A DNA stretch of 64,000 bases. Origin: Nostoc sp. (GTDB lineage: Bacteria; Cyanobacteriota; Cyanobacteriia; Cyanobacteriales; Nostocaceae). The number at the start of each line of letters is the position of its first letter. The stretch's first letter is position 1. Location: the NCBI GenBank assembly GCA_036918135.1, contig JBALDB010000007.1, positions 96,001 through 160,000 on the forward strand, given 5' to 3'. The notes beneath the pieces are model-generated. The model was not told the origin of the DNA. It was given only the letters and a program-made list of their open reading frames with translations, and did no database searches. Below, piece by piece: positions 22,001-31,233 of the stretch. Position numbers and translations under genes: made by a program.

Positions 22001-25000
22001 AAAAACAACACGATGTTCCAAAAGTCCCTAATTCCAATGAAGTAGTATTTGATGCAGTTGAACACATAATCCCCTTAACAGAAGCACAAAAACAACTCTG
22101 GGTTTTAGCACAAACTTCAGAAGAAGCATCGAGTGCATATAACGTTTCTATAAATCTGCAATTACGGGGTTCGTTAAATTTAACAGTACTACATCAAGCA
22201 ATAGAGAAAATTGTAGAGCGTCACGAGAGTTTGCGAACAACTATCGGTTGCCAAGGAGATTTTCAGCAGATACTACCATTGTTGAAAGTCGAGCTTCCTT
22301 ACATTAACTTCTCAAATGTTGCTAGTTGTGAGCGTGAATCTAAAGTAACTGAGTGGTTTAAACAAGAAAGCCTAAAACCTTTTGACCTAACTCAAGGGCC
22401 TCTGTTCCGTTGTTACGTTCTGAAATTAGAAGAACAGTTGCATCTACTGGTGATGACAGCTCATCACATTGTCGTCGATGGCTGGTCAATGAACGTTATC
22501 TTGGAAGAATTAGGTGCATTGTATTCAAAAGAGTGTCAGGGAGAAGTTTATCAACTCCTGCCACCGATGCAATTTAGAGAATACATTAATTGGCAGGAAC
22601 AGCAAAGTTACACTGAGGAAATGGTAGCCCATGAATCCTATTGGCTGGAAAATGCCAGTTCAACTCCTGTTTTAACTCTGCCAACAGACCGTCCTCGTCC
22701 TCCAATAAAAACCTATAGGGGTAGTAGGCAAACACTACGGCTGAATGCAAGCCTTTATCGTCAAGTCAAACAATTCAGCACAAAGAAGGGTTGCACCCCC
22801 TTTATGACTCTTTTGTCTGCATATACGGCTTTTTTGCACCGATTGACAAGCCAAGACAATATTATAGTAGGTATTTCTTCTGCTGGGCGGTCTTATGTTG
22901 GTAGTGAAAAGCTGGTTGGTTACTGTGCTCACCCACTACCAATAAGAAGTTGTGTTACTGAATTAACATTTTCGGAATATCTTTGCAAGATGAAGGATAT
23001 CTTGTTAAAAGCTTACGAACATCAAGATTATCCTTTCGCTTGGTTGCTTAGACAGCTAAAATTAGGTCGGGATGCCAGCCACTCTCCTCTAATTGCAACC
23101 ATATTTAACTTCGAGCGACCTGTAGCTGTGCCAAAAATGTTGGGACTGGAAACAGAGATTTTCGCTCCACCTATCAGTTTTACTGGCTTTGATATCAGCT
23201 TTAATATTATTGAGAGCGGCGACGAGCTGATATTGAATTGTGAGTACAACACAGATTTATTCGATGCTGCGACAATTAGCCGCATACTAGGTTATTTCCA
23301 GACCTTGGTAGAGGGGATTATCACCGATCCCGAACAACGCCTTTTTGAATTGCCTCTGCTGAGTGAAGCTGAACAACATCAGTTACTTGTGGAGTGGAAC
23401 AATACTCAAGCAGATTATCCCCAAGACAAGTGTATTCATCAGTTGTTTGAGGCTCAGGTAGAACGTACACCAAATGCGATCGCTCTGGAAATAGCAGACC
23501 AGCAGTTGACTTATAGGGAATTGAATTGCCGTGCTAATCAACTCGCTCACCACTTACAATCTCTAGGAGTCGAACCAGAGGTGTTAGTAGGCATTTATGT
23601 AGAGCGCTCTATTGAAATGGTTGTGGGACTGTTAGGGATTCTCAAAGCAGGTGGGGCTTACGTGCCAATAGACCCAACTTATCCAACAGAGCGCGTAGCT
23701 TATATGCTTGCAGATGCACAGCTACCAGTGCTGTTGACTCAAAATAAGTTGCTGGCTGAATTACCCGAATATCAGGCTTCTGTAGTTTGCTTGGATACAA
23801 ACTGGGAAATTATTCAGACCCAGAGTCAAGAAAATTTAGTAAGTACTGTTCAACCTCACAACTTGGCTTACATCATTTACACTTCTGGGTCTACTGGAAA
23901 CCCGAAAGGCACAATGATTGTCCATCAAGGACTGGTAAATTATCTTAACTGGTGTATACAGGAGTATGCAGTTGCCCAGGGAAATGGCGCTCCAGTGCAG
24001 TCTTCAATTGCGTTTGACGCAACCATTACCAGTATCTTCTCTCCTTTACTAGTAGGACAAAAAGTATTACTCCTTCCCGAAAAGCAGGAAATTGAAGCCC
24101 TCAGCGCTGCTTTACGTTCTCACAGAAATTTCAGCCTAGTGAAAATTACCCCAGCACATTTAGAGTTGCTGAATCAATTACTACCCGCCAATGAGCTGAG
24201 CGAGCAGACAAGAGCGTTGATTATCGGTGGCGAAGCACTGTTAGGTAAGAACCTTTCATTCTGGCAGAATTACGCACCTAATACCAGAATCATCAACGAA
24301 TACGGGCCGACAGAAACTGTGGTGGGATGTTGCGTTTACGAGGTGACAGCACAAAGCTCCCTAGCAGGTAGAGTTTTGATTGGTCGGGCGATCGCCAATA
24401 CCCAACTTTATATACTAGATCGGTATCTCCAACCAGTTCCCATCGGTGTTCCAGGTGAGTTATACATCGGTGGTGCTGGTTTGGCGCGGGGCTATCTCAA
24501 CGCAAGAGAGTTAACCGCCGCTAAATTTATCGCCAACCCCTTCAGCCACGAAGAGGGGACACGGCTGTACAAAACTGGAGATTTAGCCCGGTATTTGCGC
24601 GATGGCAACATTGAGTATCTCGGTCGAATTGATAACCAGGTAAAGATTCGCGGCTTTCGTATAGAGTTGGAAGAAATTGAAGCAGTATTGTCTAAGCATT
24701 TGAAAGTGCAACAGGCAGTGGTCATAGTCCGAGAAGACCAACCGGGTGACAAGCACTTAGTAGCATATATCGTCTCAAACCAGCATCAAGTCCCTACCAC
24801 CAATGAACTGCGCGGCTTCCTCAAAGAAAAACTGCCCGACTACATGGTGCCGTCAGTTTTTGTCATGCAGTCGGTTTTGCCTTTAACACCTAACGGTAAA
24901 GTAGACCGCAACGCTTTACCAACACCTGATTTATCTACGAGTGGTTTGTCAGAAAGCTTCGTTGCACCTAGTACTCCTACAGAGGAGATATTAGCTCAAC

Positions 25001-25299
25001 TTTGGATGGAAGTTCTGGGACGAAAACAAGTAGGGATCTACGACAACTTTTTTGATATCGGTGGTCACTCACTCTTGATAATTCAAGTAGGGAGCAAAGT
25101 TCGAGAAATCTTCAATAGCAATATCTCAGTCACTGACTTATTTAAGTATCCAACTATTAGTGCTTTGGCTCAATATTTAAGTCAAGAAAATAATCTAGAA
25201 CCACCTGCTTCTTCAATCGATGAGCTTGCTAGAAAGCAAAGAGAAGCTATCAAAAAACAAAAGCAATTGATGAAGCAAAAGAGGAAGACAAATGTCTAA
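16003..25299 (+). CDS. Hybrid PKS/NRPS: KS-AT(malonyl)-ACP-aminotransferase-luciferase-like monooxygenase-C-A(Asn)-PCP
   Basis: KS DTACSSS/HGTGT/NIGH; AT GHSVG and HAFH; ACP GADS; class [15 protein letters not shown] and [12 protein letters not shown]-type [20 protein letters not shown]; manually read A-domain code DATKIGEVGK (Asn-type); PCP GGHS. RBS GGAGG upstream. Confidence 0.95.
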   Translation: MESIAIIGIGCRFPGARDPEAFWNLMRNAVDAITEVPPDRWDINAFYDPKPATPGKMNTRFGGFLEQVDRFDASFFKISPREAERMDPQQRLILEVAWEALENAGLVPNMLAESQTGVFIGMSSYDYGVLLDKKNFDQINAYNGTGNTFSIAANRLSYILNLRGPSIAIDTACSSSLVAVHYACQSLQTGESELCLVGGVNLVISPHLNITFSQAGMMSADGRCKTFDAKADGYVRGEGCGVVVLKRLSEALKDKDNILAIIKGCAVNQDGFTNGLTAPNSLSQQTVIHQALKNAGVAPAQISYVETHGTGTPLGDPLEVKALKAVLTEGRSLDQLCWIGSVKTNIGHLEAAAGIAGLIKVVLSLQHQQITPHLHLQQLNPYISFKGTPFSIPTEHQSWMAGTERRLAGVSSFGFGGTNCHVILEEAPAVTRVASDIERKVHLLTLSGKSEKALQELAQSYADFVVSHLEASLADICFTANVGRSHFNHRLAIVTESTNQLHEQLTAFTTGKQASGVIAGTVETRNRPKIAFLFTGQGSQYYDMGRQLYETQPTFRKILQQCDRLLKPYLEHSLLEILYGTSGTAYLLNETVYTQPALFALEYALAQLWRSWGIVPDAVIGHSVGEYVAACVAGVFSLEDGLRLIVERSRLMQSLPENGEMVVVFAQLEKVANIINQYEGQVAIAAINGSNNIVISGVREYVQSAVEQFQSQGITVKPIHVSHAFHSPLMEPILEKFELKAATVKFQAPQIALISNLTGQFFHSGEIPDASYWCRHLREPVQFAAGMDTLAQQGYKVFLELGPRPTLSAMGKRCLPNVKSTWLPSLQPGQDDWLVLLNSLGILEIQGVEVNWLGYDRDYQRHKISLPTYPFQRQRYWFESDEEKNINSMDLKNSDTQQLNNTLKTKSKDKISSQLRILVAKLLQIDASEIDVYAAFLEMGADSIVLVEAVRTIENTFGIKVTIRQLFEELTNIDNLASYIEQNQPLAIAQSLEPEIAENQPHQSIQEKASEPAIAASTLPQLPQPALPTLTKQFTSVGDESVNRTPIVETGLERIMAQQLQLASQVISQQLQLLQNRVVSSTDESQVAFSKPISPANDSVNRNGSLQQAKSITAPIEQISAKKQPPGSQTTNSHALTVGVGAEGLNPRQQQHLEELIARYTKRTQKSKRAKQSYHHVLSDSRAAAGFRPSIKEIVYPIVCDRSVGCRFWDVDGNEYVDITMGFGVHLFGHNPPFVIEALQEQIKLGMQVGPQPSLVGEVAELFCELTGLERVTFCQSGTEAVMTSLRLARTATGRTKVALFSGSFHGHFDGVLARTQASHERVSVPVAPGVTPHMVEDVVVLDYGDRSALEYIEAHAHELAAVLVEPVQSRRPDLQPQEFLQQLRQLTAKAGTILIFDEIITGFRIHPGGAQSHFGVKADLATYSKILGGGLPFAAVAGKATLMNGIDGGQWNYGDDSYPEAERTFFAGTFNKHPLALAAARAVLKHLKNQGSVLQEQLNQRTAKLAQTLNSFFEQERVPIQVVYFGSLFRFSFKKNLDLFFYHLIEKGVYVWEGRTCFLSTAHTDTDIQYVIQAVKESIAQMQAAGFLPEPSSNSNATASNSTNFLAKSSTLEAAPSGGIVEPGFWGRKTHKPNLNFSQNTAIRAKRDTSQGIAFSLYYFGNYEPEFDPNKYDLLFAGAKFADEQGFTALWIPERHFHPFGGFSPNPSVLGAALARETKRIQIRAGSVVLPIHHPIRVAEEWSIVDNLSKGRVGISFASGWHVNDFVFAPESYGKHRELMFQQIKTVQKLWRGESLPVRDGAGSDINVKLFPMPMQPDMPIWVTIVNNPDTYIRAGEIGAGVLTNLMGQTIEDLAHNIALYRQSLANHGYDPESGNVTVLLHTFVGDNVDIVRQKARQPFYNYLQSTVGLFQNLVKSQGLKVNIDNVSEDDTNYILSKAYERYVQTSALIGTPSSCSPIINQLIEIGVDEIACFVDFGVDSDSVLDGFHHLNLLKEKYKKQHDVPKVPNSNEVVFDAVEHIIPLTEAQKQLWVLAQTSEEASSAYNVSINLQLRGSLNLTVLHQAIEKIVERHESLRTTIGCQGDFQQILPLLKVELPYINFSNVASCERESKVTEWFKQESLKPFDLTQGPLFRCYVLKLEEQLHLLVMTAHHIVVDGWSMNVILEELGALYSKECQGEVYQLLPPMQFREYINWQEQQSYTEEMVAHESYWLENASSTPVLTLPTDRPRPPIKTYRGSRQTLRLNASLYRQVKQFSTKKGCTPFMTLLSAYTAFLHRLTSQDNIIVGISSAGRSYVGSEKLVGYCAHPLPIRSCVTELTFSEYLCKMKDILLKAYEHQDYPFAWLLRQLKLGRDASHSPLIATIFNFERPVAVPKMLGLETEIFAPPISFTGFDISFNIIESGDELILNCEYNTDLFDAATISRILGYFQTLVEGIITDPEQRLFELPLLSEAEQHQLLVEWNNTQADYPQDKCIHQLFEAQVERTPNAIALEIADQQLTYRELNCRANQLAHHLQSLGVEPEVLVGIYVERSIEMVVGLLGILKAGGAYVPIDPTYPTERVAYMLADAQLPVLLTQNKLLAELPEYQASVVCLDTNWEIIQTQSQENLVSTVQPHNLAYIIYTSGSTGNPKGTMIVHQGLVNYLNWCIQEYAVAQGNGAPVQSSIAFDATITSIFSPLLVGQKVLLLPEKQEIEALSAALRSHRNFSLVKITPAHLELLNQLLPANELSEQTRALIIGGEALLGKNLSFWQNYAPNTRIINEYGPTETVVGCCVYEVTAQSSLAGRVLIGRAIANTQLYILDRYLQPVPIGVPGELYIGGAGLARGYLNARELTAAKFIANPFSHEEGTRLYKTGDLARYLRDGNIEYLGRIDNQVKIRGFRIELEEIEAVLSKHLKVQQAVVIVREDQPGDKHLVAYIVSNQHQVPTTNELRGFLKEKLPDYMVPSVFVMQSVLPLTPNGKVDRNALPTPDLSTSGLSESFVAPSTPTEEILAQLWMEVLGRKQVGIYDNFFDIGGHSLLIIQVGSKVREIFNSNISVTDLFKYPTISALAQYLSQENNLEPPASSIDELARKQREAIKKQKQLMKQKRKTNV

Positions 25300-28200
25300 T
25301 TGGGAAACTCAGGATTCTTTAGAACCTATAGCAATAATTGGCATGACTGGTCGTTTTCCGGGAGCTAACAACATTGAGAAATTTTGGCAAAATTTAGTTA
25401 ACGGTGTAGAGTCAATTACATTCTTCACGGATGAAGAACTCATTGCTTCAGGTGTAGATCCGGCTTTGGTAAGTTCCTCCAATTATGTCAAAGCCAAGGG
25501 GGTGTTAGAAGACATTGAAATGTTTGACGCTCTATTCTTTGGCTTTACACCTAAGGAAGCTGAATTGATGGATCCGCAGCACCGCCTCTTCTTAGAGTGT
25601 GCTTGGGAAGCTCTGGAAAATGCTGGTTATGACTCTGAAGCATACGACGGTCGAATTGGTGTTTACGCTGGCGCTGGTCTAAATGTTTACTTGATAAGAA
25701 ACTTAGCTTCAAACCCGAACCAAGTTGAATCGGTGGGCGATTTACAAATCTCAATCGGCAATGATAAGGATTATGTGCCAACACGCGTCTCCTACAAGTT
25801 GAACTTGACAGGGCCAAGTGTTAACGTTAACACTGCCTGTTCTACTTCGTTGGTAGCTGTTCAAATGGCCTGCCAAAGCTTGTTAAATTACCAGTGTGAT
25901 ATGGCATTGGCTGGTGGTGTTTCAATATACGTTCCACAGAAAGAAGGCTATTTGTATCACGAGGGCGGAATTGCCTCTCCAGATGGCCACTGTCGGGCTT
26001 TTGATGCTCGTGCCCAGGGAAGTATCGATGGCAATGGTGTAGGCATTGTTGTACTCAAGAGGTTAGAGGATGCTTTGGCAGATAGTGACTACATTTATGC
26101 AGTTATTAGAGGTTCTGCTATCAATAACGATGGTTCGTTGAAAGTGGGCTACACTGCTCCAAGTCAGACTGGTCAAGCAGCAGTGATTTCAGAGGCTTTA
26201 TCAATAGCAGGAATTGAAGCACAAGACATTACATATGTAGAAACCCACGGAACTGGAACACCTCTTGGAGATCCGATTGAAATTGCAGCACTGACTCAAG
26301 CTTTTCGCAGGAGTACTCAGAAAAAGGACTTTTGTGCTATCGGTTCCGTAAAAACAAATATCGGACATTTGGATGCCGCCGCCGGAGTCACAGGTATCAT
26401 TAAAACTGCCCTAGCGCTAAAACATAAGTTACTTCCGCCTAGCTTAAATTTTAAAGAACCATCGCCTAATATTGATTTTGCAAATAGCCCTTTCTACGTC
26501 AATACAACACTTTCCGAATGGAAAACAAATGGTACTCCTCGACGTGCAGGAGTCAGTTCCTTTGGAATTGGAGGAACTAATGTCCATGTCGTTCTTGAAG
26601 AAGCTCCTGTCGAACAGACGCGAATGACATCAGCTGAATCTCGTCCCTGGCAGTTATTAGTGCTATCGGCAAAAACTAGCTCAGCATTGGAAACTGCTAC
26701 AAAAAATCTGGTGAGTTATCTTCAACAGCATCCCGATATAAACTTCGCTGATGTAGCTCACACATTACAAGTTGGACGACGGACTTTTAATCATCGCAAA
26801 ACTGTTGTTTGCCGCGATCGCGAAGATGCGATAGTTGCACTTCAAGATCCAAAACGAGTTCTCACAACTAACCAGGAAATTCAACAGCGTTCTGTGGCTT
26901 TTATGTTCTCTGGATTGGGAACTCATTACGTTAATATGGCTTGGGAACTTTATCAACTTGAGCCGACATTTCAAGAGCAGGTTGACCGCTGTTGCCAACT
27001 TCTTAAGCCTCATATTGGTCTTGATTTGCGAAATGTACTGTATCCCCACAAACAAAAAGTAGATACTGATTTCCCAGAACACAAATCGTCGTCTACAGGT
27101 CTCGATTTGCGAAAAATGTTAGCTCGTGGGGAGCGACAAGCAGATGTAGAGACGTTGCGGGCAACTTCTTTACTGAACCAAACTTTTCTCACTCAACCAG
27201 CCATCTTTGTGATTGAATACGCTCTGGCTAAGTTGTGGATCTCGTGGGGGATTTATCCCAAAACGATGATTGGCTATAGCATTGGTGAATATGTAGCAGC
27301 AACTCTAGCAGAAGTTTTGTCTCTGGAAGAGGCTTTAACCCTGGTAGCCAAAAGAGCGCAAATGATTCAAGAATTGCCAGGTGGGGCAATGCTTGCCGTT
27401 CCTCTTTCAGAAAAGGATGTGCAGCCCCTGTTGAGCGAGGAACTCTCTCTATCTGCAATCAACGGTTTATCTGCGTGTGTGATTGCGGGTTCCGTAGATG
27501 CTGTAGAAAAATTAGAACAGCAGTTGACTAAGAAGGGATTAGCGTGTCGGCGCTTGGAAACATCTCACGCATTTCACTCTCAAATGATGGAGGCGATCGC
27601 ACCTGCCTTTTGCGAATTAGTTAAGACATTCAACCTCCAGCCCCCCAAAATTCCCTATTTATCAAACGTTACAGGAACTTGGATTACAGATGAGCAAGCC
27701 ACAGATCCAAGTTATTGGGTACAGCACCTGTGTCAGGCTGTGCGCTTTGCAGATGGAGTGCAACAGTTGTGGAAAAAGCACCAGCCAATTCTATTAGAAG
27801 TCGGCCCCGGACAAACATTAAGTAGTTTGGCACTACAATGTATAAAAAGTGAAAATGCAACCAATCAAACTGTACTGCCTTCACTAAAGCATTCTTACGA
27901 ACAACAGCCAGATTTGGCATTCTTGCTCAACACTTTGGGTAGGCTGACTTTAGCAGGAGTTCAAATCGATTGGTCTGGATTTTATGCCCATGAGCAGCCC
28001 CGTCGTCTGCCTTTACCAACATATCCTTTTGAGCGTCAGCGTTATTGGATAGAAGCCCAACAACAATTAGACGATGCTCACAGATACCGAGCATTACTGG
28101 GCAAAAAGCCAGATGCAGCTGATTGGTTTTATCTACCTTTCTGGAAACCATCTGTGCCACCAGTTATCTGTGAACGGGAAAATTTAATAGAGGAATCAAC

Positions 28201-30037
28201 TTGGCTGGTGTTTGCTGATGATTGCGGTTTAGCTGCCCAACTCGTAAAACGATTAGAGCAGGACAATCAAGATGTGATTACTGTAAAGGTAGGTTCGGCG
28301 TTTACTCAGCAGGGCGATAGTGTATATACCCTCAATCCTCAACAACCAGAAGATTATGATGCTTTAATTTGTCGGATTTTAGCTCAAGAAAAGATTCCAA
28401 AAACAATTGTTCATTTGTGGAGTGTTACAAACAATGATTCAAAAAGATTGGGACTTGAGGAAGTTGACACCCAAGATTTAGGGCTATATAGCCTGATCTT
28501 TCTAGCGCAGGCATTGGGAAAAAATAGCGTTAACGATCGGATTCAACTTACAGTTGTCTCAAATAATCTGCAAGCTGTCACCACACAAGAGGCACTATGT
28601 CCACAAAAAGCAACTTTAATCGGAGCTGTTAAAGTAATTCCGCAAGAATACTTGAATTTCATCTGCCGTAGTATTGATATTGTTGTTCCCGAATCAGGAA
28701 GTCCTCGTGAATGCGAGCTTATAGAGCGTTTATTAACCGAAGCTCAAGCAGAATCATCTGAGGCAGTTGTCGCTTATCGTGGTTCTCATCGCTGGGTACA
28801 AACAGTTGAGCCAGTCCGACTAAATAAGTCCAGCAAAGCAAAATTTCGGTTGAAGGAAGGAGGAGTATATTTAATTACAGGTGGTCTGGGAGGCGCTGGA
28901 TTTACGCTAGCAGAACATTTAGCAAAGACTGTACAAGCTAAATTAATTTTGTTAGGTCGTTCAGTTCCAGTATCAGATGAGTGGGTTGAATGGCTTGCTA
29001 CTCATGGTGAAGATAATGATATCAGTCGCAAGATTCGGAAAGTTCAAAAACTCGAACAGTTTGGAGCGGAGGTTTTAGTTGTCAGCGCTGATGTCGCTAA
29101 TGAAGAACAAATGCAAACAGCGATCGCCAAAGCTCAAGAGCGGTTTGGACAGATAAATGGTGTTATCCATACCGCAGGACTTGCTGATTATGCAGGTGTG
29201 ATTCAAAGAAGAACAAAAGAGATGACAGAAAGCATTTTGGCACCAAAGCTCAGAGGTACATTAATAATCGATAAACTTTTAGGACATACTAATCTAGATT
29301 TTTTCATTCTTTTCTCATCTTTAAGTACCACTTTATATAAAACAAAATTTGGTCAGGTAGGCTATAGCGCTGGTAATGAATTTTTAGACGCATTTTCTTA
29401 CTATAAAGCCTCTCAAAACACCACATTTACAGTTAGTATTAACTGGGATGATTGGCAAGAAGTTGGGATGGCAGTAGAGGCATTAAAACAGGCTGTTGAA
29501 AGGAACTACGGTATTCTTGAAGAACAATACCTCGAAAATGCGTTGCTCCCATCAGAGGGCGTAGATGTATTCATGCGTGTTTTGGAAAATATCTGTCCTC
29601 GAATTGTAGTGTCAACTGAAGACTTAAAGGTTAAGCTGGAATTACATAATTCCTTATCAGCAATTGATTTTGAAACTTTAGGAAAAGTCGATTTATCTCA
29701 AACGGTATACCCACGACCTAATTTAAATAATGCCTATGTTGCTCCTGGCAATCGGATGCAACAAACTATTGCTGATATTTGGCAACAATTGCTTGGGATT
29801 GAACAAATAGGCATTTACGATAACTTCTTTGAATTAGGAGGACATTCATTACTAGGCACTCAAGTCATTTCTCGGATACGCGAAGCCCTCCAAGTAGAAC
29901 TGTCCTTGCACAACTTATTTGAAAAAACAACTATAGCTGGTTTGGCTGCACTAGTAGAGAAAAATTATTTAACTATTCAAAAATTGCAAGCTACTACTAG
30001 TGATATTTTGGGCGAGCGAGAGGAGATAGAAGTATGA
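25292..30037 (+). CDS. Type I PKS module KS-AT(GYS type)-KR-ACP with C-terminal docking motif
   Basis: Post-NRPS-type KS NTACSTS; AT GYSIG/HAFH; KR GGLGGAG and YSAGN; ACP GGHS; ends EREEIEV. Overlaps the upstream stop codon. Confidence 0.95.
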   Translation: MSNWETQDSLEPIAIIGMTGRFPGANNIEKFWQNLVNGVESITFFTDEELIASGVDPALVSSSNYVKAKGVLEDIEMFDALFFGFTPKEAELMDPQHRLFLECAWEALENAGYDSEAYDGRIGVYAGAGLNVYLIRNLASNPNQVESVGDLQISIGNDKDYVPTRVSYKLNLTGPSVNVNTACSTSLVAVQMACQSLLNYQCDMALAGGVSIYVPQKEGYLYHEGGIASPDGHCRAFDARAQGSIDGNGVGIVVLKRLEDALADSDYIYAVIRGSAINNDGSLKVGYTAPSQTGQAAVISEALSIAGIEAQDITYVETHGTGTPLGDPIEIAALTQAFRRSTQKKDFCAIGSVKTNIGHLDAAAGVTGIIKTALALKHKLLPPSLNFKEPSPNIDFANSPFYVNTTLSEWKTNGTPRRAGVSSFGIGGTNVHVVLEEAPVEQTRMTSAESRPWQLLVLSAKTSSALETATKNLVSYLQQHPDINFADVAHTLQVGRRTFNHRKTVVCRDREDAIVALQDPKRVLTTNQEIQQRSVAFMFSGLGTHYVNMAWELYQLEPTFQEQVDRCCQLLKPHIGLDLRNVLYPHKQKVDTDFPEHKSSSTGLDLRKMLARGERQADVETLRATSLLNQTFLTQPAIFVIEYALAKLWISWGIYPKTMIGYSIGEYVAATLAEVLSLEEALTLVAKRAQMIQELPGGAMLAVPLSEKDVQPLLSEELSLSAINGLSACVIAGSVDAVEKLEQQLTKKGLACRRLETSHAFHSQMMEAIAPAFCELVKTFNLQPPKIPYLSNVTGTWITDEQATDPSYWVQHLCQAVRFADGVQQLWKKHQPILLEVGPGQTLSSLALQCIKSENATNQTVLPSLKHSYEQQPDLAFLLNTLGRLTLAGVQIDWSGFYAHEQPRRLPLPTYPFERQRYWIEAQQQLDDAHRYRALLGKKPDAADWFYLPFWKPSVPPVICERENLIEESTWLVFADDCGLAAQLVKRLEQDNQDVITVKVGSAFTQQGDSVYTLNPQQPEDYDALICRILAQEKIPKTIVHLWSVTNNDSKRLGLEEVDTQDLGLYSLIFLAQALGKNSVNDRIQLTVVSNNLQAVTTQEALCPQKATLIGAVKVIPQEYLNFICRSIDIVVPESGSPRECELIERLLTEAQAESSEAVVAYRGSHRWVQTVEPVRLNKSSKAKFRLKEGGVYLITGGLGGAGFTLAEHLAKTVQAKLILLGRSVPVSDEWVEWLATHGEDNDISRKIRKVQKLEQFGAEVLVVSADVANEEQMQTAIAKAQERFGQINGVIHTAGLADYAGVIQRRTKEMTESILAPKLRGTLIIDKLLGHTNLDFFILFSSLSTTLYKTKFGQVGYSAGNEFLDAFSYYKASQNTTFTVSINWDDWQEVGMAVEALKQAVERNYGILEEQYLENALLPSEGVDVFMRVLENICPRIVVSTEDLKVKLELHNSLSAIDFETLGKVDLSQTVYPRPNLNNAYVAPGNRMQQTIADIWQQLLGIEQIGIYDNFFELGGHSLLGTQVISRIREALQVELSLHNLFEKTTIAGLAALVEKNYLTIQKLQATTSDILGEREEIEV
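27146..27173. repeat. REP-like palindrome inserted in frame in the AT domain
   Basis: gtagagacgttgc-gg-gcaacttctttac is a decayed GTAGAGACGTTGC..GCAACGTCTCTAC palindrome and encodes VETLRATSL. Confidence 0.7.
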
Positions 30038-31212
30038 ATATTCAAGAGTTTTTGTCATATCTTCGCAACCTAGACGTTAAGCTTTGGGTCGATAGCGTAA
30101 CCACATCAACCCCAGAGGCTCGCCTGCGCTGTAATGCCCCTAAAGGAACACTCACACCAGATTTGCGTGCTGAACTAACTCAGCGCAAAGCTGAAATTAT
30201 TCAGTTTTTGTTTGAAGAAAATAGGCTGAAGGAGGTTAGAAATACGATTAAAGAAAGCTTGATAAATATATGTTTTTTATGTGGCGATCGCAATCTTCCC
30301 TTAGTTATTTCACCTACAATAGATAAAGTCAATTTAGTTATTTGGGCTGAGAAAAATCAAGATTTAATTCAGAACAATTTACTGAATTATGGAGCCATAC
30401 TTTTTAGAAATTTTAATGTAAGTGGAGTAGAAGAGTTTGAGCAGTTTATTAAAGTAACTTCTCAAGGAGAACTGTTAGATTACACCTATCGCTCAACACC
30501 ACGTACTCAAGTAAGCGGAAAAATCTACACATCGACTGAATACCCTGCCGATCAATCAATTCCTCTTCATAATGAGAATGCTTATTCCTGTGTCTGGCCA
30601 ATGAAAATCGGGTTTTTCTGTGTTGAAACCGCCGAACAAGGCGGAGAAACACCAATCGCCGACAGTCGGAAGGTTTTTCAGAGTTTGGATAGTACCATCA
30701 AAGACCAATTCATCCAGAAGAAGGTGATGTATGTCCGTAACTATGGCGAACTAGATTTGTCTTGGCAAAATGTTTTTCAGACGACAAATAAATTGGAGGT
30801 AGAAAATTATTGTCGTCAGTCAGGTATTGAATTTGAATGGAGTAGCAATCATTTAAGAACTCGCCAAGTTTGCCAAGCTGTTGCCAAACATCCCTCTACA
30901 AAAGAGATGGTGTGGTTTAACCAAGCTCATTTGTTTCACGTTTCAAGTTTTAAACCAGAAATACGTGAAGCATTACTTTCATTTTATAAAGAGGATGAAC
31001 TTCCTCGGAATGCCTATTACGGTGATGGTTCGCCAATTGAAAGCTCTGTATTAGATGAAATTCGTGAGATATATCAGCAGGAAACGGTTACTTTCTCATG
31101 GCAGGAGGGAGATATATTGCTGCTGGACAATATGTTAGCTGCACATGGACGTATGCCATTTGTAGGTAAAAGAAAGATTGTAGTAGGTATGGCAGAACCT
31201 AGCAAATTTTGA
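30034..31212 (+). CDS. TauD/SyrP-like Fe(II)/2-oxoglutarate dioxygenase with an N-terminal TubC-type (beta-hairpin) docking domain
   Basis: YTSTEYP..IPLHNE, GGETPIAD, WFNQAHLFH and DNMLAAHGR. The first ~60 aa resemble the N-terminus of the next NRPS. ATGA overlap with the PKS. Confidence 0.92.
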   Translation: MNIQEFLSYLRNLDVKLWVDSVTTSTPEARLRCNAPKGTLTPDLRAELTQRKAEIIQFLFEENRLKEVRNTIKESLINICFLCGDRNLPLVISPTIDKVNLVIWAEKNQDLIQNNLLNYGAILFRNFNVSGVEEFEQFIKVTSQGELLDYTYRSTPRTQVSGKIYTSTEYPADQSIPLHNENAYSCVWPMKIGFFCVETAEQGGETPIADSRKVFQSLDSTIKDQFIQKKVMYVRNYGELDLSWQNVFQTTNKLEVENYCRQSGIEFEWSSNHLRTRQVCQAVAKHPSTKEMVWFNQAHLFHVSSFKPEIREALLSFYKEDELPRNAYYGDGSPIESSVLDEIREIYQQETVTFSWQEGDILLLDNMLAAHGRMPFVGKRKIVVGMAEPSKF

Positions 31213-31233
31213 GTTGGTCGTTGATAATTTATT

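Noticed and set aside
16003..25299. Colibactin/amicoumacin-type acyl-D-Asn prodrug mechanism
   Set aside because: The Asn module has no E domain and no ClbP-like peptidase gene is present.
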